Origin: the human T2T-CHM13v2.0 reference genome, Homo sapiens
Reading direction: 5' to 3' (one strand)
Length of the DNA: 64,000 bases
Assembly (NCBI RefSeq): GCF_009914755.1
Contig: NC_060932.1
The notes beneath the pieces were generated by a model, which was given only the letters and a program-made list of their open reading frames with translations, had not been told where the DNA came from and searched no databases. The position numbers and the translations under genes were made by a program. Positions 15,423 through 30,096 of the stretch are shown here, in pieces. Position 1 is the stretch's first letter. Each line of letters starts with the position of its first letter.

Positions 15423-17217
15423 CCTTTAGCTTCTATTTCTACAACCTCCTTTCCTGGTGGCTAGGGCAACACTGAACCACTCGCTTTCCCATAAGCCCAC
15501 TGGTACCTTCCAGCTTCCATGCCTCAGTAATGCTATTTGCTCAGCTTTCTTCTTCCTGAAAGACTCCTGCTCATTCTTTCAGATTCAGCTCAGATATCAT
15601 TTGCTCTCTGAAGTCCTCCCTGATCCCCACTGCCCTACCCCAGGCAAAGCGAACAACTCCTTTTTTCATGTTACAGTAACTCTTCGTAGAAATCTCTCTC
15701 CTAATAGCTATCATTGTAATGCCATTGTTTGCTTTCTTGCAGTTGACCCTCTCCAGATTTTGAGCTCTTTAAGGGCAGAGACTGTGTTCTAACATGGTTG
15801 AAACCAACACAGTGCCTGGCACCACGCTGTTATTCAATAAATGCCTGTTGAATGACTGAAATGATGATTTGGCTGTGCCACGCTGTTTGGCTTTTGGTGG
15901 CATTGATGTTGCCATTCCTCTCTCCTGCTGGATTAGAAAGGCCCTTCAGTAGCTGGAGGAAAACTTGATGAGTCTGAGACATGCATAGTTATAGTTAAAT
16001 AAGAAGTTTTGCCCACCAATACTAAGGTATGCTTTCCTTTCTTTTCTGGTCAGTCCTGAAGCACTTAGAAATTGCATGCCCTTTTTATCTTTTCCCCATA
16101 TTAAGAAAGATTCTGATAAATCTTTCTAATTCCTCACTCTCTATAGAATGGGGGAGGCTGTTTTACTGGAGTCCCAGGTGGGCTTCCAGAGTGTGGAAGA
16201 GTGGAATGGATGGTACAAGCTGGAGTGGTCACTATTTATCTCTATCAGTGGGGGATGCCAGGACTCGGAATGAGCAAAGGTAGAAGCTGCTTAGGAGGGC
16301 AAAGCCCAAAATGCTAATTGGAGAACCAGGTCCTGCATGAAACCTGGTGGAAGCCAGAGTCAGGCATCAGAGTCCAGTAGGCGCCTAGAGATTGGAGGGA
16401 GAGAGGGAGATGAGGCTGAGCATCATTAGGGCAGAGGGAGGTGGTATCATGAAGGGTTAGCCTCAGATGCTGCTATCATATGGCCCTGACATTTCATTTG
16501 AGAGCTAGCAGGGGTGCAGGGGGTGCAAGGGTGAGTTAGTGGATTCCTTCAGAGGGTCCAGAGTGAGTCGTGGCACTGAACCATGAGTGATCAGTAGCAC
16601 TTCTTATATTATCACAAATACTTATTTTTCATTTGTGCTATGGCCTTTCTGCCTTTTGTGGTATTCCAGGTATCAGAGAGATACATCTATAGGGGAGAAC
16701 CTAATGTTATTCTTGGACTAGTATAGTCATGTGTGCTTGGAACTGGATGGTAAAGCCCTGCCAAACCCTGTTGGGCCCTGCTAAACAAGGCAAAAATATA
16801 TTGCCCAAGGCATCAAGTCTCAACCCCTGGGGAATCTCCAAATATTCCAAGTTAAACTAATTTTAAAGTTTTTCTAATAAAAATTATGCAATATATCTGT
16901 CTTTAGACTAGTCCAAAAGAAATTAGGGAATGAATCATCCCATTTAGAAAAAAAATTCATAATAGAATATTCTTTTATAAAGCAAGCTGCCCACATGTAT
17001 TTAAAAAGAGTTGGGAGGTAGGAAAATTCTAACAAGTACACGAATGACTAGGAGCACATCTATAGAAGTCAATTCCACCATCCCACATGTCCGGGACAGA
17101 TGAGCCACTCTCACGAAATCACACAGTTCAACAACTGAAGCTCACAGGGTTGGAAAAACATTGACTCCAAGCTTGTGATTCACAAGTACAATTTGAACAT
17201 TTTTGTAAATCCTCATT

Positions 17218-18205
17218 TTTTTCATTAATTCAGTATTTACTGAGCATCCACTACTTAGCTTGATCCTGACGCTATAACTGGGAACTAGGTGAAAATAATC
17301 TTTACTGCTATCAAATGTTATTCTAGTAAAGAAGATAGACAATGTACAAATAGACAAGAAATTTTTAAAGTTGCAAATTATGATATGTGCTGTGAAGGCA
17401 GCAGCCAAGTAGCTCAGATTGTGTGTTGAGAGAACAGAGTGGGGAGAGAAGTTGGGAGGTACTGCTTTAGATGGAGAGGCTGGGAAGGCCTCTCTCAGAG
17501 GTAGCTTTGAGTTGAAACAAGCTCACTGTTAAAGAGCCAGATGATGCACAGGAGAATTCCAGGCAGCGTGAATATCATGCACACGGCCTTGGGTAGAAGG
17601 GAGACTTGGCCAGTTTAAAGGATGAAAGGAAACAGAAGAGAGTGTTCCTAGAACTTAGAGAGGGTGTCATGACATGTGGTTGAATTGACAGGCCGGAAGA
17701 AGATCATGCAGGACCTTGGAGTTCATTCTAAAGGAAATGGGGAGCCACTGAAGAGTTCAAAGCAAATGAGTGCTCTGATTCAATTTATATTTAACAAAGA
17801 GACTCTTGATGGCTGCTGAGTCAAGTTGGAAATGGGTAAACCATGTACATGCTGTACCAGTTGTCTAACAAGCAATAATAGTGTTCTGGATAAAGATGGA
17901 GTGAAGTGGATGGATGTGAGATATATTTTGGAAATAGAATTGACAAAGTCTGCTTTGGGTTAGATGTGAGCTTAAAGGAAAGAAAAAATTAAGAATGACT
18001 TCTGGGCTTCTAGATGCACAGCCAGCTGGTGCAATTTTCCAAGGTGGGGAAGATGTGCAGAAACACCGGCTTTGAAAATTGGTATACAGGGAAAATCAGG
18101 AACTCATATTGATGTTAGATGGCTGTGAGTCATAAACTGAGATGTCAGATAGACAGCTGGATAAGCGTGTCTGAGTTTAGAGGTGAGGTTAGCTCTGAAG
18201 AAGAA
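17218..18205 (-). mobile_element. L2
   Basis: ttcattaattcagtatttactgagcatc..gaattccaggcag..gatcatgcaggaccttg..ggggagccactgaag. Confidence 0.75.
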
Positions 18206-18391
18206 AATAAATGCATGTATATAACCACGTAGGGGGTGGTTGGCCTACCTCAGGGCCAATTCTCTTACCCTTCAAAGGTTTAGACATCTTCTCAAGACAA
18301 AATCTTGGAGGTGATATGTGTCTTTTGCATTATAATTACTGTGTTATTTGCACACAAAGTGTCTTACCTTAGAAAGTACACACCAGTTGTC

Positions 18392-18615
18392 AATTACTGA
18401 GTGTATAAGAAGTGTCAGGCACTCTACTTACATGATCTCATTTAATCTTCAAAATGTTAAGAGACATAGAGAGCAGATATAAGAACACCTAGAGGGCAGA
18501 TAAGGAAATGGAAGCTCAGAGAGATCAAGTAGCCTCCCTACCGTCACACAGCTAGTGTTTGGCAAAACTGAGAGAGGAACCCAGGCCTCTTGACTCCAAG
18601 GTCAGGCTCCTGCCC
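18392..18615 (-). mobile_element. MIR
   Basis: tgatctcatttaatcttca..cagataaggaaatggaagctcagagag..gtcacacagctagt. Confidence 0.75.
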
Positions 18616-18919
18616 TCATGGACTCTCCTCCTTTCAGTAACAGTCTCTTATCTACCCCTCATGGGAGAGCAATTTTTACAGCACTACGATAGTAGAGAGG
18701 CTATGTTAGCTGAAATTTGGGACAAGACACCAGACCATTCTGAGCTTCTATTTCTTCTACTATAAAATGATCTATCTACTATGCAGATTGCAGATAGGAA
18801 ATATAGAAAATATATCAAATAAAGTATAATATAAATCCTATGCAATATATAGTTATATGCACACATAAATACATGTAAAATGGGATATTGTGCAGCCATT
18901 CAAGATGACTGCAAAATTA

Positions 18920-19300
18920 TTTTACTTTTTAAGATTTTTAAATTGTAAGATACTTCAAACAAATAAAAGTACAGAATACTGTATGACACCCACATATCCA
19001 TATTTAACAGATGTTAACATTTTGTCTTGTTCACTGCAAATATCATTTTTGTTGTTTTATTTTCAGAAATAAAACACTGTAGAATCACAGGTGCAGTTAT
19101 TAATAATATACCATTCTCCTTTCCACTCCATCAATAACTGGTCAGCATGTAACATTCCCATGAATGCTTTTATACTTTTACTACGTACTTATGTATGCCT
19201 AAAAAATTAAAATTAATGATGTTGTTATATGCATTTACTGCTTTTACATAAATGGTACTATACTACGCCCACCTTTCAATGACTTGCTGTTTTCTCTCAA
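18920..19300 (-). mobile_element. Old L1ME-type fragment
   Basis: atttaacagatgttaacattttg; cttttacataaatggtactatactac. Confidence 0.45.
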
Positions 19301-19329
19301 GTATAAAACAGTGGTTATTGTTTTTATAA

Positions 19330-19530
19330 TAATTAAGTTTCTACTATATACTAGGGTCCTTGCTTACAACTTACATATATATATTATCTCATTCAGCCCT
19401 GATAGTAAACTTGCAGGTATGTACACTTGCCTCATTTTACCAAAAGGAAAATTAAAGTTCAGAGACATTAAATCACTTTCCTAAGGTCACACAGCCAGTA
19501 ACTGACAGAGATGAGACACAATTCAACTTC
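19330..19530 (-). mobile_element. MIR
   Basis: attatctcattcagccct..cctcattttac..cctaaggtcacacagccagtaa. Confidence 0.7.
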
Positions 19531-19851
19531 CTCCCTCAATCTGTTCTCCCAATCACAGGGCTTTTATGTTTTTCTCATTTCTTTCTTTTTTTTTTTTTTT
19601 TTTGACATGTAGATTCAATTTCCTACTTGGCATTTCATTTGCCTTCCCTTTAAAAATCATATCAGATTTGTCTGCATTTTTTCTTCCCAAGCTGTTTGCT
19701 AGCCTGCCCTGTGTTTAGGATTGGTTGGGCAAGTTGCAGGACAGATAGAAGGGGGCTTCTGAAGGCTTCTGTGACCCTATCAGCAAATGCCTACATCAGA
19801 AAGAGTGTTTTCTCATTTCTGGTTATGCTTCTGTAAAAGTGGGTGTTTTAT

Positions 19852-20620
<769 letters not shown>

Positions 20621-21149
20621 ATAGGAAAACTGAAGACAGGACTTCATCTCATCCTCTAAACTTTCTTCCTATGAAGATTCTCTTTGATGAGTTAATGCTC
20701 TCCTAATATACTTGAGAGGCTTTTAAGCAACATTCTATGGCAAGGCAGGTAAGAAACCAAATTGGCAATATGGTATCACCACAGTCAAGGACTGAGTCAG
20801 CTTGGGAAACCAAGATTCTCAACAAAATATTCTCTCCCTAGTCCTACCTGCTCAACTTGTTACCATCCCCGCTACAGGAACTCTCTCTCTAAAAGCTTCC
20901 TGAAGGGTTAGTTTTCTCCTAGGCTTGGAGGCCCATGCCAACAGATGGTAGCCATAGAAATATCAGAACATTTCTCCGAATTGGATTTCAATCAGCTGAT
21001 GTTTAATTTTAGATTTTGAGATAGGCCACATTTTACCCTACCTTCTCCCACTTGAAAAATCACAACACAGTAATGGTGGCCAGAAATCTTTTCTGTCACC
21101 TTAGGAAATATTTTTAACTCTCTCAAAGCCATAGGAAGGATTTTTGTTT

Positions 21150-22980
<1,831 letters not shown>

Positions 22981-23029
22981 AATTCACCTTCATCTTAGGC
23001 TTCAAATAATTCTTATAATTTTCCAAGGA

Positions 23030-24035
23030 AAATGAGCATTTCAAAGAGAAAGATTACCATGTATACCAGGAGTCAAGAAATTATACATATAACTAATTAC
23101 ACTAATAGACTATCAAGGTCTTTAGATGTTTTAACTATTAGACACTATAGAGAAAAATTATGCTTGGTATATTTAGAAAGTAAAAGACAAACTTATACAT
23201 ATCTGCAGGTAACAAAAACTATAAATACTAGCCAAGAAGCCTTAAAAATTAACCAAATAGAACTCTTAGACATGAAAATGTAATAATTGAGATAGAAAGT
23301 TTAATGGATAGAATTAAGAGCAGATTAGATTCAGCTGAAGAGAAAATTACCAAACTGGAAGACAGAGGAGAAGAAAATTATCCAGAATGCAGGCCAGAAA
23401 GACAAAAAGATGTAAAAATATATGGAAGAGTGAAGGATAGAAGAGTGGGTATGAAGGATAGAATGAAAGAGCTTCATCTATATACGATCAGAGTTCCAGA
23501 ACAAGAGAAAGAATGAAGGTCAAGACCATATTTGAAGAGGTGGTGGTAAATTTTCATGCATTTCCATGACCAATGCAAGAGAACAAACTACAGAATCAAG
23601 AATTCCAAAGACTCTCCAAGCAAGTTAGATAAAAACGAAAAACAAAATAAAACCAATCACACTTAGAAATGTCATAGTAAAAGTGCACAAGAGCAAAGGT
23701 GAAGAAAAAATATCAAATGAAATAAAATTTATTGTTCTTGAAGGAGCAATAATTAAACTAACAGCAAACTTGTTAACTGCAATAAATGAAGTCAGTAAAC
23801 AATGGAATAATATCTTCAGTGCACTAAAAGACAGTAACTGCCAACCTAGAATTGTATACATGGTAGAATTATCTTTTAAGGATGAGAGCAAAATGAAGAC
23901 ATTTCTAAAAACATAGTGGAAACAGTTTGCTACCAGCAGTATCTCTCTAAAGGAAATACTAAAAGAGGAAGTTCAGACAGAAAGTGATCATAATTGGAAG
24001 ATCTAAGATATAGGAAGGAATGAAATGTAAACAAG
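23030..24035 (+). mobile_element. Ancient L1M ORF1 region (degenerate)
   Basis: Peptide remnants MDRIKSRLDSAEEKITKLED (coiled coil) and WNNIFSALKDSNCQPRIVY..LSFKDESKMKTF (ORF1p C-terminal domain), broken by stops and frameshifts. Confidence 0.8.
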
Positions 24036-24039
24036 AGAC

Positions 24040-24910
24040 ATAAATACATTTCTCAGAAGAACTGTAGCCAATAAAGATATAAGAAGCTATTCAACATCAT
24101 TAGAGATCAGGGAAATGAGACTCAAGACCACAGTGAGATTATATTTTCTCCCCATTCAATCATCAAAAATTAGAAAATGAACAATACCAAGTGTTGGAAG
24201 GTATGTGAATCCAGAGGCTTTCTTTTATGGTGCTTATGGGTCTATAAACTGGAAGGTGGGTTGGCATTGTCTTCTAAGTTGAATGTTAACCTGTTTATAG
24301 TCCAACAATTCATCCTAGGTTTGTACTGAAGACAAATTCTTGCACATGTACAGGAGACATATATAAACAATGTTCGTAACAGTATGATTTAGCAAAAACA
24401 TGGAAATAATTCCAAATGCTATCAATAGGAGAACAGATTACTAAACTGTGGTTTATGCAGGTATACTATGCAGCAGTTAAAAAAATGATCATATGCAGCC
24501 AATTGGAAAGTTGTCTCAAAAGGTTATATGCAGAATGACATCATATGCAGCTAAAAGCAACTGGAATTTTATATATATATATATATCTTAGGAATACAAA
24601 TAGAAGCACTACAACTACATAAAAAGAAAAGTTTTGGAATGATAAACCTGGGATTCAGGATGATGGCTACCTGGGTGGGGGAGACAGGAAGATGGGATGG
24701 GGAAAACTAATGGGCTTAAATGAAATTATGGTTAAGATCCTGGTGTGTGTCTTAGGAAATGAGTTTGCAGGGGCTTTTTAGATTATTAAAACCAACTAAC
24801 CAAATAAGAGGGTAATGAACAGAGCAATATTGAGAGTATGCCATGAACCAGAGATTATGGTTTAATCCAATTTTGTATAGCTAAGGTCCACGAAAGAAAA
24901 ATTAAATTAA
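24040..24910 (+). mobile_element. L1ME3-type ORF2 end plus 3'UTR
   Basis: caacatcattagagatcagggaaatg..aagaccacagtgagat; aataccaagtgttgg; ends taatccaattttgtatagctaaggtcca..aaaa. Confidence 0.65.
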
Positions 24911-25049
24911 AACACAGGCTAAGGGTCCAAGAGTGGACCCCTGGAGTCAGCAAAGTTAGAGTTCTGTAAGGACAGAACCAGAGTATATACCTTCCCAGCT
25001 GGGTGGGGGGAGGGGGGAATTAGTATGATGAAAAGAGAATCAAACAAGA

Positions 25050-25190
25050 AAGGATGAAAAATAAAATATAACAAGAAGGAAGAATATTATATCAAACACA
25101 GATATAAACCTAAGTAGATCAATAGGTGTAAATGAATAAACACTCCAGTTATAAGACAAAGATTATCAGAGTGGATAAAATAAAATAATT
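25050..25190 (+). mobile_element. L1M ORF2 N-terminal fragment (probable continuation of the 23030 element)
   Basis: gtaaatgaataaacactccagttataagacaaagattatcagagtggataaaa. Confidence 0.5.
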
Positions 25191-25633
25191 ACTCAGAATT
25201 TAAACACTGTGGAAAATAAATGAGATTGGAACAGAAAGATATGATCTATGTATAAAATAATGAGGATGGAAACTGAAAATGGCAATGCATTTTACCTCTA
25301 GACTTCATTTTGAAAAGTCCCACCTTACATAAAGTCCCTGCACATACTTCTACCTGCTATTACAACCTTCTCCTGTGCCCCAACAATAATAACTTGATGA
25401 GTCTTAATGACACACAATTGTGGCTGGCTTGCAAATGAAAAAAAAATCACAACAATCATACACATTGTTTCTGGAGATAATTTCTCCTTTAATAAGGAGA
25501 GCAAGTTTAAGTGCTGGCTTATTTCAGACCTTGGGAATCAGCTATATGTGCCTAGATGCTTAATAATCCAAGCATGAATTCACCATACATAGGACACTTA
25601 TATATGATGCTGCATATACACTACATAGGCCAC

Positions 25634-26832
25634 TGTAGTGGATGCTGTAGTGTACCTCCCCAAAACCTCCTTCAGGGTCAAGTCACTTATTTCCTCAGCT
25701 GCCAGGAATATGGAATGCTAATGACTTATAGCTGAGTTCCTCCTGAGGAAATGTCCTGTGCCAAAGTTATGTCCTCTCTCTGGGAAGTCAATGTGGGAGT
25801 ACAAAAGGCCAGTCCTCTTGCCTCACTTCAGGATGTCTCTAAAGGACCATTCAAGTTTCAAAGCTCCTTATGGGATCAGCTGAGGTCCCTCTTGCTATAG
25901 CACTGCAATTCAACTTCCCTGTATACCAAATGCTGCTTCTCTCATTCTCTTACAAGTATGGTGTAGAGTATGGCTACTCTCTTAAGACTCCAACTCCCTA
26001 ACACCAACTGGATGGTATACAATTTAATTCTGGCACTAACCACCTGGAGTGAGCTCAGACCCCAACAAGTTAAAGGCAAAGTCCTCCTAAGACTCTCCTC
26101 AGATGCCAGCTGCAAGTTTTCACACCACCTGCACTTCTGACCAACTCGTTACAAATTTGCGGGTTCCCGCAACCCCCCTCAGGCTTGATATATAGTATAC
26201 TAGGATGACTCACAGAACTCAGAGACTCACTGTACTTATTATTATAGTTTTATCATAAAGGATACACAGGGATGACCAGTCAAATGAAGAGATGCATTGA
26301 GTGAGGTATGAGAGGGAACACAGAGCTCCTGTGCCCTCTTTGCATGAAATCAGGGTGCCCCATCCTCCAAGCACATGGATGTATAACCAACAACCAAAAG
26401 CTCCACTGAGAGCTTTGAGACCAGAGTTTTTGGTGGGAGTTTCGTTATGTAGGCATGATCGGTTGAGCACGTGATTAAACTCAATTTCTAGTCCCCTTCT
26501 TCTCCCTGAAGTTTGAGCTAGTGCAAAATTCCAATCATCGAATCAGGTGGTTAGCCTTTCTGATGACCAGCCCTCATCCTGAAGCTATAAGGCTCCCATT
26601 CTAAAGCTATTAGGTGTCCATCTTGAGTCATCTCATTAGCTAAACAAAGACACTTCTATCACTCAGGATATTGCACGTTTTTGAAGCTCTATGTGAGGAA
26701 TCCTGAACAAAAACCAGAAAAATTCTTTATTATTATGCAACGATGCCCTAATAAAATTCCTGCACAGAAATCTCTGTCTGTTTCCAGGAAACGTGACCCC
26801 AGATAGTTGTTTCCAGGGGTGGTTCTAGGAAA
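25634..26832 (+). mobile_element. LTR16C-like ERVL LTR plus first bases of internal sequence, split by MER21
   Basis: tgtagtggatgctgtagtg..gggatcagctgagg..; resumes ctaataaaattcctgcacagaaatctc..gaccccagata, then gttgtttccaggggtggttctaggaaag. Confidence 0.75.
25962..26741 (-). mobile_element. MER21 (B/C) LTR
   Basis: cactaaccacctggag..cagatgccagctgcaagt..ctaggatgactcacagaactcag..tctcattagc. Confidence 0.8.
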
Positions 26833-27279
26833 GGTAAGTACTCATTCAGTTCCTAATGTGCTGTGTTCCACGGAGAGAAGAGGAACTCAAGGGCTCAGGC
26901 CTCCCTGGGTTGGGCGCTGCCCACAAAGCCTGGACTAGTGCCTATGTGAGGGCTCACCATGCATGATCCTTGGCAGCACAATGACAGTGTTCCAGCTTGG
27001 GGCTGCTTCACACTCAAACCAGCTCTTGGACCTAGGATGGCCCTGAGCTGATTAGTTTTAGGTACTAACTGTAATAACCAAAAGGAAGGACTATTAGGGT
27101 TTTACCCTTCTCCTAGACAAGCCTACTAGATATGAAATAAAAAGGAAGATGACTTCCCTTTTCAGCAGCCAAGTGCCTGAGTGTTTCTGGGAGGCATGCA
27201 CATTCAGTTTGGGTACATGAGGATGCTCCGATTCCATTAAACATATGTTATTCTCTAACCCATTCCTCACCCTTAAATT

Positions 27280-27680
27280 GTCGTCTGGGACACCAGTTTA
27301 CACTCTACTTAGAAGTCGCAGATGTCTCAACCTCAATATGTCCAAAAAATAAACATGTACCTTTCCTTCTTCTCCTTTCTCCATCATCACTGACACAACC
27401 ATCCCAGCCAGAACCTTGATGTCACTTTGGTATCATCCTTGGCTTCTCTCTCTCTTACCTCCTGTCTACATCAAGCTCCATGATCTATCAGTTTTACCTC
27501 TGAGTGTTTCTCAGAATTCCCCTTCCTCTCTATCTTTGCCAGTGTGGTGGTAATATCAGCCTCCTTCATCGCTCTCTTAGGCTGGAGGAAAATGCTTCAT
27601 TTGTCTGCCTTCTACCACTTTTGTTTTCTCCAAATGCTTTCTCTATATAGACTTGAGAGTGATGCACTTGAAATACAGAG
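27280..27680 (+). mobile_element. L2 internal fragment
   Basis: tctcaacctcaatatgtccaaaa..cagccagaaccttgatgtca. Confidence 0.6.
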
Positions 27681-27875
27681 CCAACAATAGTTCTTTTTGT
27701 CCTTAACTTTTCCATTAAAAATATTACACAATAATACATGCTGTCCATAGAAAGTCAAATAATACAAGGGCATATACAGTAATAAAAAGAAGCCTCTGTC
27801 ATTTTGTCCCCTTTCTATCCAATACCTCCTCCCTTTTCCTTCCTTCTAAGAATTGGACCTCTTTAAACTCCATAA

Positions 27876-27894
27876 AGTGCCCCCTAGAAGCTGT
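27876..27894 (-). promoter_or_regulatory. Weaker candidate CTCF motif
   Basis: Reverse complement acagcttctagggggcact. Confidence 0.25.
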
Positions 27895-28211
27895 CATTTT
27901 CTTCTCTGGTCTCTTTTTGGGCCACAGTTACGTGGTTTATATTGAGACTTCTTTCCTGTGGTGTTGGAACTTGAGCTTAAAGAATCCAGTTGACTTCTCT
28001 CCATGGATAGATATGTCAGACACAAAATTTCATAAGCTTGGTGGCCAGACTTCTTACCCTGATGAGTGGAGAAGCTGAGGCAGCCAGTCAGCATAAAAGG
28101 AAGAAAGAATAAAGTTGACATGCACAGAGAAACAGAGATAAACAAAGTAGAGAGAAAGAACCCTATGTTGTTGTTTTCCTACACAAATAAGATCATATCA
28201 TACAAGTTGGT

Positions 28212-28607
28212 TGTCCTAGTTCATTTCCTGTTGGTATAATAGAATACCATACACTGTTACAGTCTCAAGAAAAAAAAAAACTACTAAAGAAAATAAACTT
28301 ATTTTTTACAGTCCTAGAGGCTGGCAATTTCAAGAGCACGGCAGCAGCACCTGGTGAGGATCACCCCTTGCAGAAGGCATAACATGGTGAGAGAGCACAA
28401 GAGAAAAGCACCAGAGGCTGCACCCATTTTATTACAATCCACTCCAAACATGACTCACCTGCTGTGGTGATAATGACATCAATCAAATTGTGAGGGCTCT
28501 GCCCTCATGAAACAATCATCTCTTTTTAGGCCCTACCTCCCAACAATGTTGCACTGGGGACTGTTTCCAACACATAAGCATTTTGGGGACATATTCAAAC
28601 CATAGCA
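28212..28607 (-). mobile_element. MSTC-like solo LTR
   Basis: tgtcctagttcatttcc..gagggctctgccctcatg..catattcaaaccatagca; TSD ttggt/ttgct. Confidence 0.8.
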
Positions 28608-28809
28608 TTGCTCTTTCATTTTTGTTCCCACTTAACAATGTATTCTTAGAGATCTTTTCATTTCCTTCCTTATGAAGGTACTTTGTTTTTTCCGTGGTTG
28701 CCTGATATTTAATACTCTGAATTTTACACGGATTACATATTTCTTACCAATAGGCAGATTATTCTTCATATTTTGTTCTTACAAAGAATGCTATAACAGG
28801 CATCTTCAT

Positions 28810-29287
28810 ACAAAAAAAAAAACTCCCTAGTATTTCCAAGATAAAATTCATATTTCTTAAAAGGGGAGACAATACCACCATCCCCATTTTTGACCACTCC
28901 TGGCTTTCTGCCCTACTCTCCAGTGACACAAATTGCTTGATGCTTCCTGCATCTATACCATGCCTTCCCTTACTCTGTGCCTCTCTTTGTTCTTGTTGGA
29001 CCTGAATGGCCTCTTCACCCCTCTCTGCTCAGTCAACCTCTATTCATTCTTTATTACTCAGTTCAGGTGTCAAATCCTCCTGGCAACTGTTTCACACCAC
29101 TTTTATCATTGCATACGCCACATTGTATACAATTGCTTTAGTTATATACCTGTTTTCTCCCCTAGATTGTAAATTCCTCCAGGAACCAAGGCTAGTACTT
29201 GTGTCTTATTGTTTTTGTAACCAAAATGGTTAGCAAAGTGTCTGAAACATAGCATGTGGTCAGTTACACTTGAATGAATGAAGGAAT
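28810..29287 (+). mobile_element. L2 3' portion
   Basis: ctcagttcaggtgtca; ctagattgtaaattcctccaggaaccaagg; terminal gaatgaatgaa. Confidence 0.7.
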
Positions 29288-29478
29288 GTGTCTGAAACAT
29301 AGCATGTGGTCAGTTACACTTGAATGAATGAAGGAACATGTCTGAAATGTAGCATGTGGTCAGTTACAATGGAATGAATGAAGAAATGTGTCTGAAACAG
29401 CATGTGGTCAGTTACAATTGAATGAATGAAGGAAAGTGTCTGAAACATAGCATGTGGTCAGTTACAATGGAATGAATG
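29238..29478 (+). repeat. Minisatellite of about 4.9 x 50-bp units derived from the L2 3' terminus
   Basis: Unit gtgtctgaaacatagcatgtggtcagttacaMtKgaatgaatgaaggaaN at 29238, 29288, 29338, 29388 (48 bp) and 29436 (partial). Confidence 0.95.
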
Positions 29479-29657
29479 CAGGTCTACACTCACAGACTGA
29501 CTTATTGGATCCTACACCCTCACCCACATGTATATTTGTTCCTTTTGAAAGTTAATGGGCTGAGTAGATTTCTTTTTCACTAATCAGTGATAACAATACT
29601 ATAAATACACACACACACTTACACACACACATGCCATAGTATATAGACAGCTATATA

Positions 29658-29737
29658 TTAGATTGGTGCAAAAATAATTCCGGTCTTTGCCATTGAAAGT
29701 AATGGCCAAAAATGCAATTGCTTTTGCACCAACCTAA
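29658..29737. mobile_element. MADE1 (Hsmar1-derived mariner MITE), full length
   Basis: TA-ttagattggtgcaaaaataattcc..gcaattgcttttgcaccaacctaa-TA; 80-bp palindrome. Confidence 0.93.
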
Positions 29738-30096
29738 TAGTATCATTTATTTAAAGATTTCAAAGGCTTTTAAGAAAATATTGTCTCATTAATCAGTTGA
29801 CTCTCTTTAGTTATTTTGTCTTTAGAGGTTGCTGGAGAAATAATATCATGCCCATCCTAAAGTCAAGGAAGTGTGGGGTAGGCAGAGGAAATAACTGGTG
29901 AGCTAACAGTGAGATCAAGAGAGGTGCCACATGCTTACACACATGTCTCTGCTTCTTTCCTGCCCTAACATGACTTGCTAGCCTCTGCAGCAACACAGTA
30001 AGGCATTTCCCTTATAATTATACTTCTCAATGATATTATCCACATGTTGCACTATTGCAAAACCTTTCAAAGTAATACCATAAAGCCAACACATTA

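Noticed and set aside
29238-29478. Regular repeat array resembling a CRISPR
   Set aside because: Units are contiguous with no unique spacers, derive from an L2 tail, and sit in primate DNA with no cas genes.
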